Source of the DNA: Rhynchopus sp. YZ270_cl-10
Lineage: Eukaryota
DNA: 64,000 bases
Direction of reading: 5' to 3'
NCBI GenBank assembly: GCA_964035575.1
Contig: OZ037842.1
Coordinates: forward strand, 1,116,001-1,180,000
In this document: piece by piece, positions 1 through 12,421 of the stretch
How positions within the stretch are numbered: position 1 is the first letter of the stretch
Layout: each line of letters begins with the position of its first letter
Translations under genes and position numbers: made by a program
The notes under the pieces: generated by a model
Told to the model about the DNA's origin: nothing
Databases searched by the model: none
What the model saw: only the letters and a program-made list of their open reading frames with translations

Positions 1-51
1 TAGTGCAGAGCGCATCGCCTTCGCTTATACATTCGAGTCTTTTTGGTTAAT

Positions 52-128
52 ACAACACTACGGGGTTTGATAACCCACAGAGTGTCAGTGCCTGCGTCCC
101 CTGAGAAGTTTGCACTATCAACTTCACC
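52..128 (+). repeat. Dispersed two-hairpin element, family A (representative copy)
   Basis: Consensus ACAACACTMCGGGGTTYGATAACCCGYGGAGTGTCAGTGCCTGCG...GGCGTTTGCACTATCAACTTCAC+T-tract. Other full or partial copies near 10040, 12267, 26172, 27108, 31709, 52927, 55364 and 56790. Confidence 0.9.
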
Positions 129-762
129 TTTTTTTTTAAAAATGACAATGTGTCCAGACATCTTTCAAAGCGGTTGTGTTGGGATCCTTCGTGTTCATGT
201 GTGCCGATTGTGACAACCGTGTTGTCATTGTGGATCAGGGAGAAGAGGGGGGGGTTTTCCCTTGTTTTCAAGTAGTCAGATGGGGGCACTTCTTTGCCCC
301 GAAAGAGCCAAGCGAAAATTTTTCTCTTCATTGCTTTCTTGATAGAGCGTTACCTTGTTTTAAACTATTTTTTTTTGAACGAAAACAGAAAACAGAAATT
401 AGTTAATGCCAATTGTAAGTTAAAAGGTTCCTCCCCGAAACGAAGACGCGCCTCCAACCGGCCTGCGGTAGTTTATTTTAAACCACATACAAAGACACGC
501 ATACCTCATTTTTTTTCCCTTCATTTATTTCAGAGAACACCACCCTTTCAAATTCACATATCGAAGCGTTCGTTTCCTTTCACTAAAAATGGGGTTTGCA
601 GGGTAGGGTTTGGGTTCCCTCATCACCCACACCCGGATTACACACCCTCTAACGGTCCATAATCTGCGTAAAAAATACCCCTCTCTAGACATCAAAACCC
701 CACAGAAATTTATATATTTCCCTCAATTTTTCCGACACATTTCTTTCTCTCTCTATCTTCTG

Positions 763-1629
763 ATGTATCATGGCAAGGAAGCTCCACAGGGTTTTAGTGA
801 GGACCGATTTTATTTGGGGACACCTGATTTAAAACCACTTCCATTTAAAGATACACGCCTTGTCACTTTAAACGCAAAGCGAAGACAACAGGTGGTGAAC
901 CGACTATTCTACAATGCAGAGAAGTCACAATCACGCCACCCTAGTTCTCCTGTGTCGACGCTGCGTACGGTGTCACCGAAGAAGCTCTCCAAGGAGAGGG
1001 CTGAAAAGGTGTCGCTCAGGTTGTCTGAGAAAAAGCCTAAGATAATGTCGAACAGCGATTTGTCTAGTACTACAGGGTATCAGAGCATGGCGATTCCTCC
1101 CTGGGCTGGTAGTGTATCTCGAGAGGAGGAAGTGTTGAAGCAGCAAAAGGCGCAGTCATCCTTGAATTATACAGCAGTGTGCGATCCGCATCTTCGGCCC
1201 TTCTGGTTGAGACGTCAAATTCTTCTAAAAAAAAGTACCGACAGCATTGCGTCCGACCGCCGCTATAAAAGCTTTGCAAGCATGCAGCTCCCCCCAACCG
1301 ATACACTCCCTATCATCGCCCCTCCCAGACAGAAAACAGAGGAAACAGAACGGAAACGGGAATTGTTTTTCACGCTCTCTGCAGATCTCAATCAGGTGTG
1401 TGTCACGCCGCGAAACGAAAACGAAGAGGAGGAGGAGGGGGGGGAGGAGGAGGAGGAGAAGGAGGAAGCAGCTCGCAGCCCCTCCCTGCCCTCAAAGGGA
1501 TCAGATGCGAAAAGAGGGGCAAATAATGCACCGATATCACCATGCAGCAGTGCAGGGAGGGCCTCCTGCACCTCATCCACAACATACACATCGTCGTACT
1601 GCAGTTCGAAGTCTTCTATAGGGGGTTAG
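763..1629 (+). CDS. Hypothetical protein (Ser-rich, acidic Glu tract near C-terminus)
   Basis: Open frame from ATG 763 (after a pyrimidine tract) to TAG 1629, with higher GC than the flanks. No recognisable domain. Confidence 0.5.
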   Translation: MYHGKEAPQGFSEDRFYLGTPDLKPLPFKDTRLVTLNAKRRQQVVNRLFYNAEKSQSRHPSSPVSTLRTVSPKKLSKERAEKVSLRLSEKKPKIMSNSDLSSTTGYQSMAIPPWAGSVSREEEVLKQQKAQSSLNYTAVCDPHLRPFWLRRQILLKKSTDSIASDRRYKSFASMQLPPTDTLPIIAPPRQKTEETERKRELFFTLSADLNQVCVTPRNENEEEEEGGEEEEEKEEAARSPSLPSKGSDAKRGANNAPISPCSSAGRASCTSSTTYTSSYCSSKSSIGG

Positions 1630-2597
1630 CGGGAGGGGGGAAGGAGGCGGGTATAAAAGTGATGGTTTCTGCCATCATTGAGGGACCTGTTCATCTTTCG
1701 TTTGCCGACAAGAGATGGGCGGGGATATAGCCAGTTTTGACAAAAAAAGGATTGCAATTTTTGGCGCTTTTTTTAAAACTTCTTTTGAAGCTCGACGTAG
1801 GGTCTGTCTTTGGTACCTTTTTGACGCATATTTTGTTCTTCCGATGCATGCCACGACGATGCTTCCTTTTATGTAGTCGAACGGGGTGGTGGTGGGGATT
1901 TTAAATAAACTCGTTTTTGAGGAAGTGACATTCTGGCCGATTTGGTGGGACGACACACACCTTATGGCAAGCCTGGGGTGGCACTCCATCCGGGGTTGGA
2001 GAGGGAGAGGTGGGGGATGTGTACGTTGCCACAAAATTTTCGCCATATATGGTCCTCTAAACTCCTATGAGATATAGTAGGCTTCCACATGGAGGGTGCT
2101 GTGGTCCTGCCTCCACACTTGATTGGAAGAAGGGTCTGCGACGCAGAGTTACATCCCTGCGATGCAGCGTCAGATGCCGTGAAGCGTTGCACACTACGGC
2201 ATGACCTGTCTACATGGCACCTCTGCATCGTGGGTGGGAGACGGTCAACCAAAGTGTTGTGAGGACTCTGGGATGAGCTCATGGGGGGTGTTGAAGCGGT
2301 GTCCGGTGAGGTGCTTGCGCTTTGAAGGTTCTCTTGTATGGCATTCAAGGTGGCTAAGCATGAGAGGCTTAGGTGCATTATCGACACTTTTCTTTGTTGC
2401 ATGATTCGAAGTGGGGCACTTCTAGTCAGGAAAGTGGGTTGGGGTGAGGGTGAGGGTGGGGATGGGGGTGGGAGTGCACGAGAACATTTCAGAGAGTGTA
2501 GTCGTTTCTCTACCCGAGGCCGTAGCAGAAATGTCACCGCGATTGTTTTTTGGTCCTCTGGAAGTGTCTTCACTTTATCATAGGATGCGACACATAA

Positions 2598-3917
2598 ATG
2601 ACGCCGTTGTCGCTGTTCTCATTTAACAGAACATGGGGAAGACGCGTTTCGAGTGCACTGAAGAACCGATACGAAGAGCGGAAAGCTGTGGCCACTGGTC
2701 TGGAGCGTGCGGGCAGCACGCTGTCGGTTCAGGGGGATGGGTTGGTTATTGCACAGATTATCACTTATCTTGGTCAGCTTGGATTTGCTCCGAGAGCTAA
2801 GCTGCTTTGGTCGAAGTCCTTGTCCCGCCTGCAGCAGGAGCACGACGCACACAAGCGAGACGTACTCAATGCAGCATACATCCGTGCCGTGTCAGCCTCC
2901 CGTCATGCTACAGAGGAGCTTCCTTCTGTGCTGCGCGACATGCAGGCCCTGGGCTACAAGTTGCAATATATGGACCACCTTTATGTGCAGTCTGCCTTAC
3001 GCCAGCCACCTCCTGTGCACCCCGTTCTCGAACAGCTCAGACTCATATTCGAAGGCCACAGTGCAAGGGTAGTGCAGGCGCGTGGTCTCCCGCCTTTGAG
3101 GGACACCTTTTTGTACAAGCTTGCGGCAATGCAGCCTACCATGGATGCGTGTCTGCGCTTCATTGATTCTGTTGCGCTTGACATCAATACACTCAAGGTG
3201 CTTGCAAAGCACGGCCATCCTACTGCGGGGAAGCTTCTTCAGGAACCTCGTGGTGTGCTGCCTGCAGAGATCTCCTTTCGCAAGGTGTCTGTGTACAAAG
3301 CGCTGCTGCGTTGCCTGCGACAGGAGGCAGACTCTGGGGCGGATGTACGGCTAGGGTTACGACGGTTTGCGATGTTGACAGGACAGTACCTGGACTACGA
3401 AGGCAGCGCTACGTCGTATGCCGACAGCTACGCACTGCGCCTGCAGATCATCAACAAGGCGACCGGAACGAAGTGCATCCTGCTCCCAGATGCACTGCGC
3501 CTATGGAAGGAGATGCGCTACCAAGGGCATACCCCTGGGGTCAGCGTTTTTTCCTCAATTCTGAGTGTGCACGTTCGGGATTTGTTTCACTATTCTGAGG
3601 AAGTGTTTGATAGGAGGGAACAGTACTACGAGTCAACGTTGAAGTTTGTGAGGCTTATGCAGCATGCAAAAGCAACGAGCCGAGTGGCGTACCAAAAGGC
3701 TTTGCAGGCGTTTGCCCTGACAGGGCATGCACATGACGCAGGCACACTGCTGCAGCAGATGTGCGATGATGGCTACTCCATCGACGACACGATCCTCGCC
3801 CTCTACGAGCCCTACGTCGAGTTCGCCCCCATCCTCTCCAAGCTCAAACGAACAGCCATGCGCTCCGTCTCACGCCACTCAAACGTCTTCTCGCAAAACC
3901 CAAGGCAAATCACATAA
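2598..3917 (+). CDS. Pentatricopeptide-repeat-like helical protein, probably mitochondrial
   Basis: 439-aa ORF with PPR-like motifs ALRLWKEMRYQGHTPGVSVFSSIL and AYQKALQAFALTGHAHDAGTLLQQMCDDGYSID. The Arg/Ser-rich N-terminus resembles a presequence. Confidence 0.6.
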   Translation: MTPLSLFSFNRTWGRRVSSALKNRYEERKAVATGLERAGSTLSVQGDGLVIAQIITYLGQLGFAPRAKLLWSKSLSRLQQEHDAHKRDVLNAAYIRAVSASRHATEELPSVLRDMQALGYKLQYMDHLYVQSALRQPPPVHPVLEQLRLIFEGHSARVVQARGLPPLRDTFLYKLAAMQPTMDACLRFIDSVALDINTLKVLAKHGHPTAGKLLQEPRGVLPAEISFRKVSVYKALLRCLRQEADSGADVRLGLRRFAMLTGQYLDYEGSATSYADSYALRLQIINKATGTKCILLPDALRLWKEMRYQGHTPGVSVFSSILSVHVRDLFHYSEEVFDRREQYYESTLKFVRLMQHAKATSRVAYQKALQAFALTGHAHDAGTLLQQMCDDGYSIDDTILALYEPYVEFAPILSKLKRTAMRSVSRHSNVFSQNPRQIT

Positions 3918-4330
3918 TCCAAAGAGATCTGTTACGGAAGGGATACTGGTTGAGAATAATCGGTGGTCGACACATCATTGCATCGTCCAGGGGTGCATAG
4001 CGGCCCATAGTGGCCCTCTGAACGAATGCTCGCATGCCTGGGTGTTGCAAGCAGAGGCAGGTTGATGGGTAAAGCGTTGTGGAGGCTTTGGTTGACCATA
4101 CTAAACTACCGATGTAGCCTGTGTTGCAACAGAAGACGGGACCTCTTGGGGCTGTCTTTTGCACCAAAAAAATACAACAGATTCTCAAAAAGTCCATAAT
4201 TTTATTTTATTTTTTTCATGTTCGAAGGCGGCCCACAGCCTACCGTTATCCACCTACCACCACACCACCTAAAGGCCCATACACAAAACGCCACCCATTC
4301 TGTTGTGGCTTCTTGAATGCGAGAGGCATC

Positions 4331-7300
4331 ATGATTGAACCAGGTGCTTTGGTTTACTTTGAGCACAAGGCAGAGCATAGTTGGGTTTTGGGGAAGGTGC
4401 AGACATGGAATGGGAAGATCGGATCATGTGCTTCGGAGGACCCGAAGCTGCCGAATATAAAAGAGGCGAAGCTTTCTGAGGACCGGATGTACCCCATCAG
4501 CAAGGACATCATTGACGAGGATGTGAACGACCTTCTCGAGCTCACCATCCTGCACGACTCCACGCTCCTCAACTGCCTCAAGAACCGCTACTACAGGGAC
4601 ATCATCTACACCAACATCGGGGCCATTGTCGTCGCGTTAAACCCTTTTAACTTCAAAATCCCGCGATATCTTGATGCAGAAATGCCCAAATACCTTGTAG
4701 AAGGCGACAGAATAGAAAAGAATGTACCACACTCATGGGCTGTCGCGCATAACACATACTTTGAGATGGTTAATGACGCACAAAATCAGTGTATTTTGGT
4801 TTCAGGTGAATCTGGTGCGGGGAAGACTGAGGCGTCAAAGATTGTGATGAAATACCTGGGTGCTATCTCTTCGAAGCGGGGTGAGGATTCGCAGAAGGCT
4901 GCAGCGCAGGAGGTTGGCGCGAAGATTACTGTTTGCTCCCCGATTTTGGAGTCCTTCGGGAATGCGAAGACCGTACGCAATGACAACTCCTCGCGTTTCG
5001 GAAAATTCATGAAGGTGCAGTTTTCGGGAGAAGGCTTTCTCATTGGCGCCTTTGTGATTAAATACCTTCTTGAGAAAAGTCGGATTATCACCGCCGCAAA
5101 GGGTGAGCGGGTGTACCACTCCTTTTACCTATGCTGCAGGGCCGACAACGACTTCAGGACACGATACAATATCAAAGAGGATAAGGACTATACCTCACTT
5201 CGTAGTGGTGGAACCTTTGAGAACAAAGAGTTTAACCAACCCGAAGATTTTGTTGAGGTGTGGGAGGCTATGACCGAGGTCGGCATGACGGAGGAGGAGA
5301 AGGGGGGTGTATGGACCTCTGTTGCAGGCGTTTTGCATGTTGAAAACTCTCGGTTTGATGCGGATGGGGAGGGGTGTGTTTTGGATGCGAAGACGCAGTG
5401 TCACATTGATGAGGCTGCAAAGTGTTGGGGTGTTGATGCCAAGAAGATGGTGGCAGAGTTCCAAACTACAACCCTAATCGTCGCAGGAACAACCTGTGTG
5501 AAACAGCTCCGCCCTGTCCAAGCTTATGACGCAAGAGATGCCTTAGTCAAAACATTGTATGATCAAGTCTTTGGGTGGCTCGTGGAGAAGATTAATACGA
5601 CGTTGGATGTAGAGAGTCAATGTTCTTCGTGGATAGGTCTTCTCGATATCTTTGGATTCGAAGACTTTGAAACGGGAAACTATTTTGAACAGCTTTGCAT
5701 CAATCTTGCGAATGAGACCATCCAAGGACACTACAACAAATTCATCTTTGAGAAGGATATGGACGAATGCCGTGCAGAAGGGATCGATGTGGAGTCCGTG
5801 AAATTCCCTGACAACACCCCGTGTTTGCATATGATTGCAGGGAAAGGAGGTATTCTCGCATTGCTGGACGAAGAGTGTTCGCTTGGAAAGGGTACAGACC
5901 ATGGCTTCCTAGACAATATCACCCGAGCCTTCAAACCCAACAAAGAGTTTTTTGATAAGAAAACGCTTTCAAAGAATTGCTTCATCATCCACCACTACGC
6001 AGGGTCGGTATCGTACGATGTGAACGGCGCTTTAGATAAAAACAGAGATACCCTCAAAGATGCTTGCAAAGTGCTGATGCGGTCCAGCTCGCACGACTTT
6101 GTCAAAGAAATCATTCCTGCGCCTGTTGAAAAAACTGGTCGGAAGATCACTGTCGGGGTCTTCTTCAAAACGCAGCTGAAAGACCTGATGGACCTTATCA
6201 ACAGTACAAACCCTCATTGGATCCGTTGTGTCAAGCCACACCCTGCCAAGAAACCGCTGACCTTCCACGGAGTGTCAACCATGTCCCAGCTTGGCTCTTC
6301 CGGTGTGCTTGGAACAGTTAAAATCCGCAAGGCGGGCTACCCGGTTCGCATTGTGTTTGAAGCGTTCTGGCCGAAGTACAGGGTGATCGCGCTCTCGAAG
6401 GGGAACGGCATTGGTATTACCACCGCAAACTCGAAGGACGGATGTATTGCCATTCTTGAGAAAACGATGGGCTGGGATATTACAATGTTCCAGCTTGGTG
6501 TGTCGCGGGTCTTCCTAAAGGCGCATGCGTACATCGACCTGGAGAAGGCAAAGAAGATCGCACTCTCCGTCTCGGCACTACGGTTGCAGGCAGCTGGGAG
6601 GTGGAAGCTGTCGCTCCCGGTTGTGCGGAAGCAGAGGTGGGTTGTGAATGCGCGGCACATCCAGAAGGAGTTCCGCGACTTTATGGTACGATGTGCGGAC
6701 ATTCGGGCAGAGAGGGAACGCATCCGGAAGGAGCTTATGAAGAAGCATGCTGCCGAGTTTGCAGCACTCATGCAGGAGGGTGAGGACGGGCTGCAACCCA
6801 TCTACGACGAGTTTGAAGCACCTTTGATGGCTTGGAAGCTGCAAATGGAGAAGGAGGCTAAGGAGATCGAGGCTATTATTGCGCAGTTCGGCGAATCGCG
6901 TCAGGAGATCCGCTTGGACCATGCCAAGGGCGCTAAAGAGATCGAAGCACAAAGCGAGCGTGAGTACGAACACCTGCAGCAGCAGCTTCTTGCAATGCTT
7001 CTGGACTGCATCTCACTCTCCGAGAACGACGCGCGCAACGCTGTCAAGGCAGAGGAGATCGAGGCGCGCGCACAGCTTGCCTTGGTCCTCGAGGACGGCT
7101 TCTCCATGGTGGAGGTCCTAGGGTACCTGGAGAAGGAGAAAGAATGGCGCCGTGACATCGAAGAATTAGAACAGACTGCACGCATGGAGCTGCGCATACG
7201 ATGGGACATCATGTCCGAGCAGGAGCGTGCCTGGGACAGCATGATGGCCCTAATGATTCCTAAATGCAACGATATGCGGAAAGGTGTCAAGAAGTACCAG

Positions 7301-9235
7301 CAACAGCTCAGCAGGCGAGAGGAGATTGTCAGGGAGCGGCAGATGCTTGATGCCAGCAGTGGTGCTGGGGCTGCGCCGGGGGTGCCTGGGGCACGGCACT
7401 ACGTGCAGAGCATGCCTGATGGGCGGCCGGTCATGGTGTCTATTGACTCTAAGTTTAATACCAAGGGGAAGGCTCCTTGGGTGGGCCCGACAGGGTTGCC
7501 TTCGCAGGACCAAATCACCCGGGCAACATTGCGTTCGAAGGAAGAGTTGAACAAGCTTAGGCAAAAGGTGGAGCCCGACCTACCAGCATCACCACCCCGC
7601 ACGATACGTGCCTCAACACACAACAACGGGTCCTCTCCACGCGGCCCCAAGCAGGCAACCCCCGCCTCCCCTAGAGGTGTTTCGAATGTTCTGCCAGACG
7701 CGTCCTGGGGTGGTGTCGTCAAGCCGTCTCAGGTCGACCCAGCGTCGAGCATGAGCCATGCGGTATGTGGTGTGGTGTGGGTTTGGGAGGGAGGGGATTG
7801 GGTTCGGGTGGGTACAATTCCTTTGATTCAGAAGGAACGAAGGAAGGAAGGACCCATGAGGTGCTAGTGGAGGGGTTTTGGTAGGGGTGTTTTGCCTGTG
7901 TTGGGGTTTACAGTCAAACCTTTAATATATTCGCTTTTAATTCAGTGGCCGGTTTGCCCTATTTGGGCCTTGTTGCTGCAGACCTCTTCCTCTTTTGTTT
8001 GTTGTTCAATGAGGTTGTCCATAGTGGTAGATTTGGGAGGTCTACCCTTGGACACCAAAACGAACGTGTTGTTCTTATGGTAGTGCGTCAGGGTAGTAGT
8101 CTGCGATTGTTCAGAGTGATTATTTTGTTAGAGTAAGGGTAAAAGGTCGCGTTTTGTAAATATCTACTGTATCATCTGTGCACAGGTCGTGGGTGCCTCA
8201 GCAAGCGCGCTCGCGAAGATGGGGGAGACGAACCCCATGTTCAAGTCGATCTTCTCAACATCCAGGGTGGAGTGCTCGGCTCAGGTATTCCCCTCTCCGC
8301 CCCTTCCCCTTTTCGTATACCATCTTGATTTTTCTTGGCCGATTTTTTGTTTTTGTTTTGTCGAAAGAAATGATAGTCAATGGTGCAGTAAATGGTTGCC
8401 ATTGTCGCATCAGCGAGTGATTCGGTCGGTGCGCCACCCGCCTTGCAGAGGCAGCAAAACACTTCAGTGTAATGTCGCTTCAGCCCAGGGTCATTGTGGG
8501 GTGCGTCCGCGGGATCGCGGGGTTGTGTCAGCAGGTGACATTTTGTGCATTCTGTTCGCAACCATGTCTGGGTGCTTGTCAGAGACAAACTCTTTTTCTT
8601 TTGCGATTTGCATCCTGAGCAGGCCATTGCTGTGAGGTGCATGCACCTTTACTACGTTCCCCCCAGACTTTAAAGGTGACCAAGCATGAGAACATAGGTG
8701 CCATCTTATAAAACCTTTCCCTTAAACAGTCATATTGGTAAGGCTTCTCCCCTCGAACCCATCATATCAACTTCTCCCCCTTCCCTTTAAGTATCTCTGT
8801 TGCTGTATTCTTCCATTCAACATCTTCTTTTTTCAGTTGCAATGGCTGCATGCACGCGGTGCGTATCCACCTGGGAAGATGATGAACGCCGCTGAGATTA
8901 AAACCTTGAAAGCACTGAAGCAGGCTGAAACACTTTTGAACAAATACAAGCAAGAGTATTGCGACAAGATGCGGCGTGAGTTGAAACGGCTCAACGCGAT
9001 ATGTAAGCAGTGCAACGTGCCGGACAAACATCCGACGACACAACAGCAGACAAAGATGGCGCTTGTACACCCTTCGCTGGTGCGCGACTACCCACCGACA
9101 ACAGATGTCTTCAAGTGTGTCGAAGAGGTAAGCCGCCTCAGCAAGGCCATCCTCGAGCACAAAGAGGTTGTGCTACGGATCCTTCTCAAGGGAGAGGAGG
9201 ACGGTCTGCTCTCCGTTGCAACGTATGCATCCTAA
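4331..9235 (+). CDS. Myosin heavy chain (kinetoplastid-type unconventional myosin), 3 exons
   Basis: Exons 4331-7762, 8186-8284 and 8837-9235, joined in frame by GT-AG introns. P-loop GESGAGKT, switch I NDNSSRFGK, switch II DIFGFE, IQ-like motifs (LQAAGR, IQKEFR) and a coiled-coil tail. Confidence 0.95.
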
Positions 9236-9626
9236 AGATTTCCCCCCCGAGACAGTTTTATTAGAAACCGGAAATAACATAACCAATTTTAATCGCCTGA
9301 TAAGTAACTATTTTCTCCCCCTTCCCGTCAGATCTCACTGTTTGACTGCATTTAACAAAAAAAATAATTGTCAAGGAACCGAATTTTCTCGTTTGTGGAG
9401 GGTCCCTCAGAGGCCCAAGGTTTCTTTATACGGATGGACAATCACCATCGAGAGGTGTAGACTGTGGTCGTTTTCAGATGATCAAAACCAAATATCATCA
9501 TCTAAAACCACCCCAAAAAGGAAAAAAAGAAAGGGTGCATGTGTTGACCCTCTCAAATACTTTCAATTCTGTGAACTGAAAGTATATGAATCTAATAATC
9601 ATATCCACAGCCCCATCTCCAGCGAG

Positions 9627-10225
9627 ATGCCCTACCACGAACTTAAATGCATCCTCGAAGAGAGCGAGCAGGTGCGGCGCTTTGAGAATCTCGTGCGCTG
9701 CACATCGTGTCATTCCTTCTTCAGAGAGACTGTGGGCAGGTATGTAACCCTTTTGGGCCAAAGTGTTGTGATAAACCCAATACTAAGGTGGTCAATAGGG
9801 GAGGATATTGGAGGGGGTTTTTCTCTGTTACGATGTGGGTGTAAAGAGAGATTGAGTTGCAGTTGTTTTCTTTGTTTTAAAATGGGGTGGTCATTTTTTT
9901 TTAATTTCGTTTCGTTTAGAAAAGAAAGTATATTGGTGCTCCTGAAATAAAAAATACCAAGTACGCAACAACTACGCACTAAGTACGCAACAAGTACGCA
10001 ATATAGGGTATTCCTGTATTTTTTTTCCCCCATGCGCATCACTCCGGGGTTCGATAACCCGCGGAGTGTCAGTGCCTGCGTTTTTTTTCGTGCACAAAGT
10101 GCGCAACAAGTACGCAAAATGGGGTTTTCAGGAGCACCATATGCATGAAATAATTTCGGTTTGATTAAATAATTTTTTACAGGTGTTGGTGTTGTGGTGG
10201 GACAGCCGAGGTTGAGTTTGGCTGA
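9627..10225 (+). CDS. Small (~51 aa) Cys-rich putative zinc-ribbon protein, 2 exons
   Basis: Exons 9627-9739 and 10183-10225 (GTATGT...TTTACAG, phase 2) give MPYHELKC...RCTSCHSFFRETVGRCWCCGGTAEVEFG*. An additional upstream coding exon cannot be excluded. Confidence 0.45.
9934..10139. mobile_element. MITE-like element with 14-bp TIR (TGGTGCTCCTGAAA), intronic
   Basis: Perfect inverted repeat 9934-9947 / 10126-10139. Internal AAGTACGCAA sub-repeats and a family-A fragment nested inside. Confidence 0.7.
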
Positions 10226-12094
10226 ATGGAGCTTGTGTGAGGGTCACTTTGTTTGGGTGTTCCGCTTTGCCTATCTCCACGGACGACCCGCAAAAACAGC
10301 AACGCCGGTAACCCTAGATCGCACATCATGTGCGCTATTCAGGGGGGGGCGAACACACAACGTAGATTTGTTGTTTATTCTCTCCCCCCTGCGTCCATAG
10401 TTTCTTCAATCTCCCATGGTATACATGGGTGGGATTGATGCCCGACCCAATTCTTTTCCAAAACAAAAGAAAAAAAAAAGGTGGAATGCCCGAGCATGCA
10501 TGCCTGCCCTTCCCCTTTTATTGTGATGTCCCTCGTTGATTTATTGTCCATTTGTTTTGACAGAATGTATGCACGGTGCAAAACATTCACGAAGTTTTTC
10601 GTTTTTTTCTTCTTTCTTCTCTCACGCCTTTGTTTTTGAGATGACTAACATAACTGTTCATCTGCACGTTTATTTTGCTTTCTTTTTTTTTTTTGGACGA
10701 TCCGAAAACAGCAAAAAAAAAATATGTGGGCACGTTTGCAGTGATTCACTTCTCTGCTGTTCGGGGGGTGGGTGATACATGGGGAGGGTGGGATGATCGA
10801 AGGTATGCCTTCTCGGGACAAGGTGACAGTGGGATGGTGGTCCAGACCACAGTCCACGGGTCACCTCGCTAGGGATACCCTTACGAAATATAGAAGAGAA
10901 AAAAAGGAAAATGAAAGAAACCGGAGTTCCCCCATCTCGGTGCTTCGACTGTCGATACAAAATACGGAATCTGCTTTTTTACATAAAGAATGCCTCTCTG
11001 AACAAACGCACTGAACGAAAACGAATAAAGACTATCTTCCCCATTTGTATTTAAAAAAAAATATTCTCAAAAGTAAAAATCATTATTCCAGTTTTGCTCG
11101 GGTAGTTGTGGATCCCTTTCTTCTTAGCAGAATAGTTCTTGTGGTTGGGTGGGGTAAGCTGCAGAAAATACAAACCCATAAAATATTTTCCAGCTTGTTG
11201 CAATTCCAAAAAAAGCCAGACCAGCAAAAAAAGAGAACCAAAAAAAGGCCATTTATATTGTTGGCAATTTCTCTTGGTTTCATTTTTTTTTGCTTTGCTG
11301 GAAGTTTACTGAAAAGGCCCACGAAGCAGCGAAAAAACGAAAATTGGTCATGATTTAGATGTGTATGCACTCGAGGCTTATGCATATTTCAACTTTTCTC
11401 TTTTCTTTGCAATGCCAGGGAGCTTTTTTTTCCCCCCCTTTGCAAAACATGTCTCTCTTCCGACTTCCTTTCCTGACCGTTCTTTCCGACTTTTTTTTTT
11501 AAATGATGTGGATTGTGAATGTCATTTCTCATCTTTTACGCGGCTTCTTCGCTTCCCGCAACGAAAGTGGCAAAATAGGGGTGTGCACGAGAGGCACATG
11601 CACCAAACAGCGTTTTTTTTTTTTAAATTGTGCAACTACCCCCTACTCCAGGAGGCTGTCGATGACTGTCAATCAACAAAACGAAAAACCTTTCAGCAAA
11701 AGCGTTTTTGGAATGGAATATCCTTGGTGTAAAAAAAATTGTTAGTGTACATACAGCGAAAAGAACACACTTTTTTTCTTTTTGGCTGATGTCCGAGGCG
11801 TCTTTAAATAAAAATACAGTGCGCGTTATGAACAGAGAAGTACCACCCCCCCCACTATGTAACCCCCCCCTTTCCCCCCTCCCCTCTTCCCGTTATCTGT
11901 ATCTGTCGTGTCCCCGAATAATTGGCACAGACACTCATGAACAAAAAAAGCGTGGTCTCCCCCCCTCCGTCCTATTTTTTTTATATTTCTTTCTTGTCTT
12001 CTAAGAAAGATGGGAACATTTTTTGTTGATCCACCATATATCAATTTATTGATTGCATAATATTATGATGAAAATACTTTCTTGGTAACCATTT

Positions 12095-12210
12095 TGGGTG
12101 ATCTATGAACGGGGAGAGATTTTTTCACTAGCTCTCAGTAGGCTCTCACAGACTCTCACAAGCTCTCACAGCCTGTTACGTGTCTCACGGAGACGATCAT
12201 AGATCACCCA
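12095..12210. mobile_element. MITE-like element, TIR TGGGTGATCTATGA, 5-bp TSD CATTT
   Basis: Inverted repeat 12095-12108 / 12197-12210, with CATTT on both flanks and internal CTCTCACA sub-repeats. The same TIR end occurs alone at 29559-29580. Confidence 0.75.
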
Positions 12211-12421
12211 CATTTCTTGGGTATGCTAATAAAATGCTCTCTGGAGGTTGACAGCACGCGGAGAACCCGTGAGGCGTTTGCACTTTCAACTTCTCTTTTT
12301 TTTTTTTCGAAGCTTTTAACCGCAAGCTACCTCAGATATGATGTGAACAATAAACACCCTCTCCACAGGTGGAGGTAAGGGGGAGTGGGTTGAGGGGGAG
12401 GGGGAGGGGGAAGCTTGCAAG

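Noticed and set aside
1962..2573. 203-aa minus-strand ORF
   Set aside because: It runs through a family B repeat and a low-complexity tract, has no recognisable motif, and opposes the gene cluster.
4121..4330. Upstream extensions of ORF-track calls (myosin 4121; also 610, 47305 and 53837)
   Set aside because: They read through AT-rich or pyrimidine-tract and repeat sequence. Downstream ATGs fit the composition shift better.
10040..10080. tRNA gene suggested by GGTTCGA
   Set aside because: No cloverleaf; it is hairpin 1 of repeat family A.
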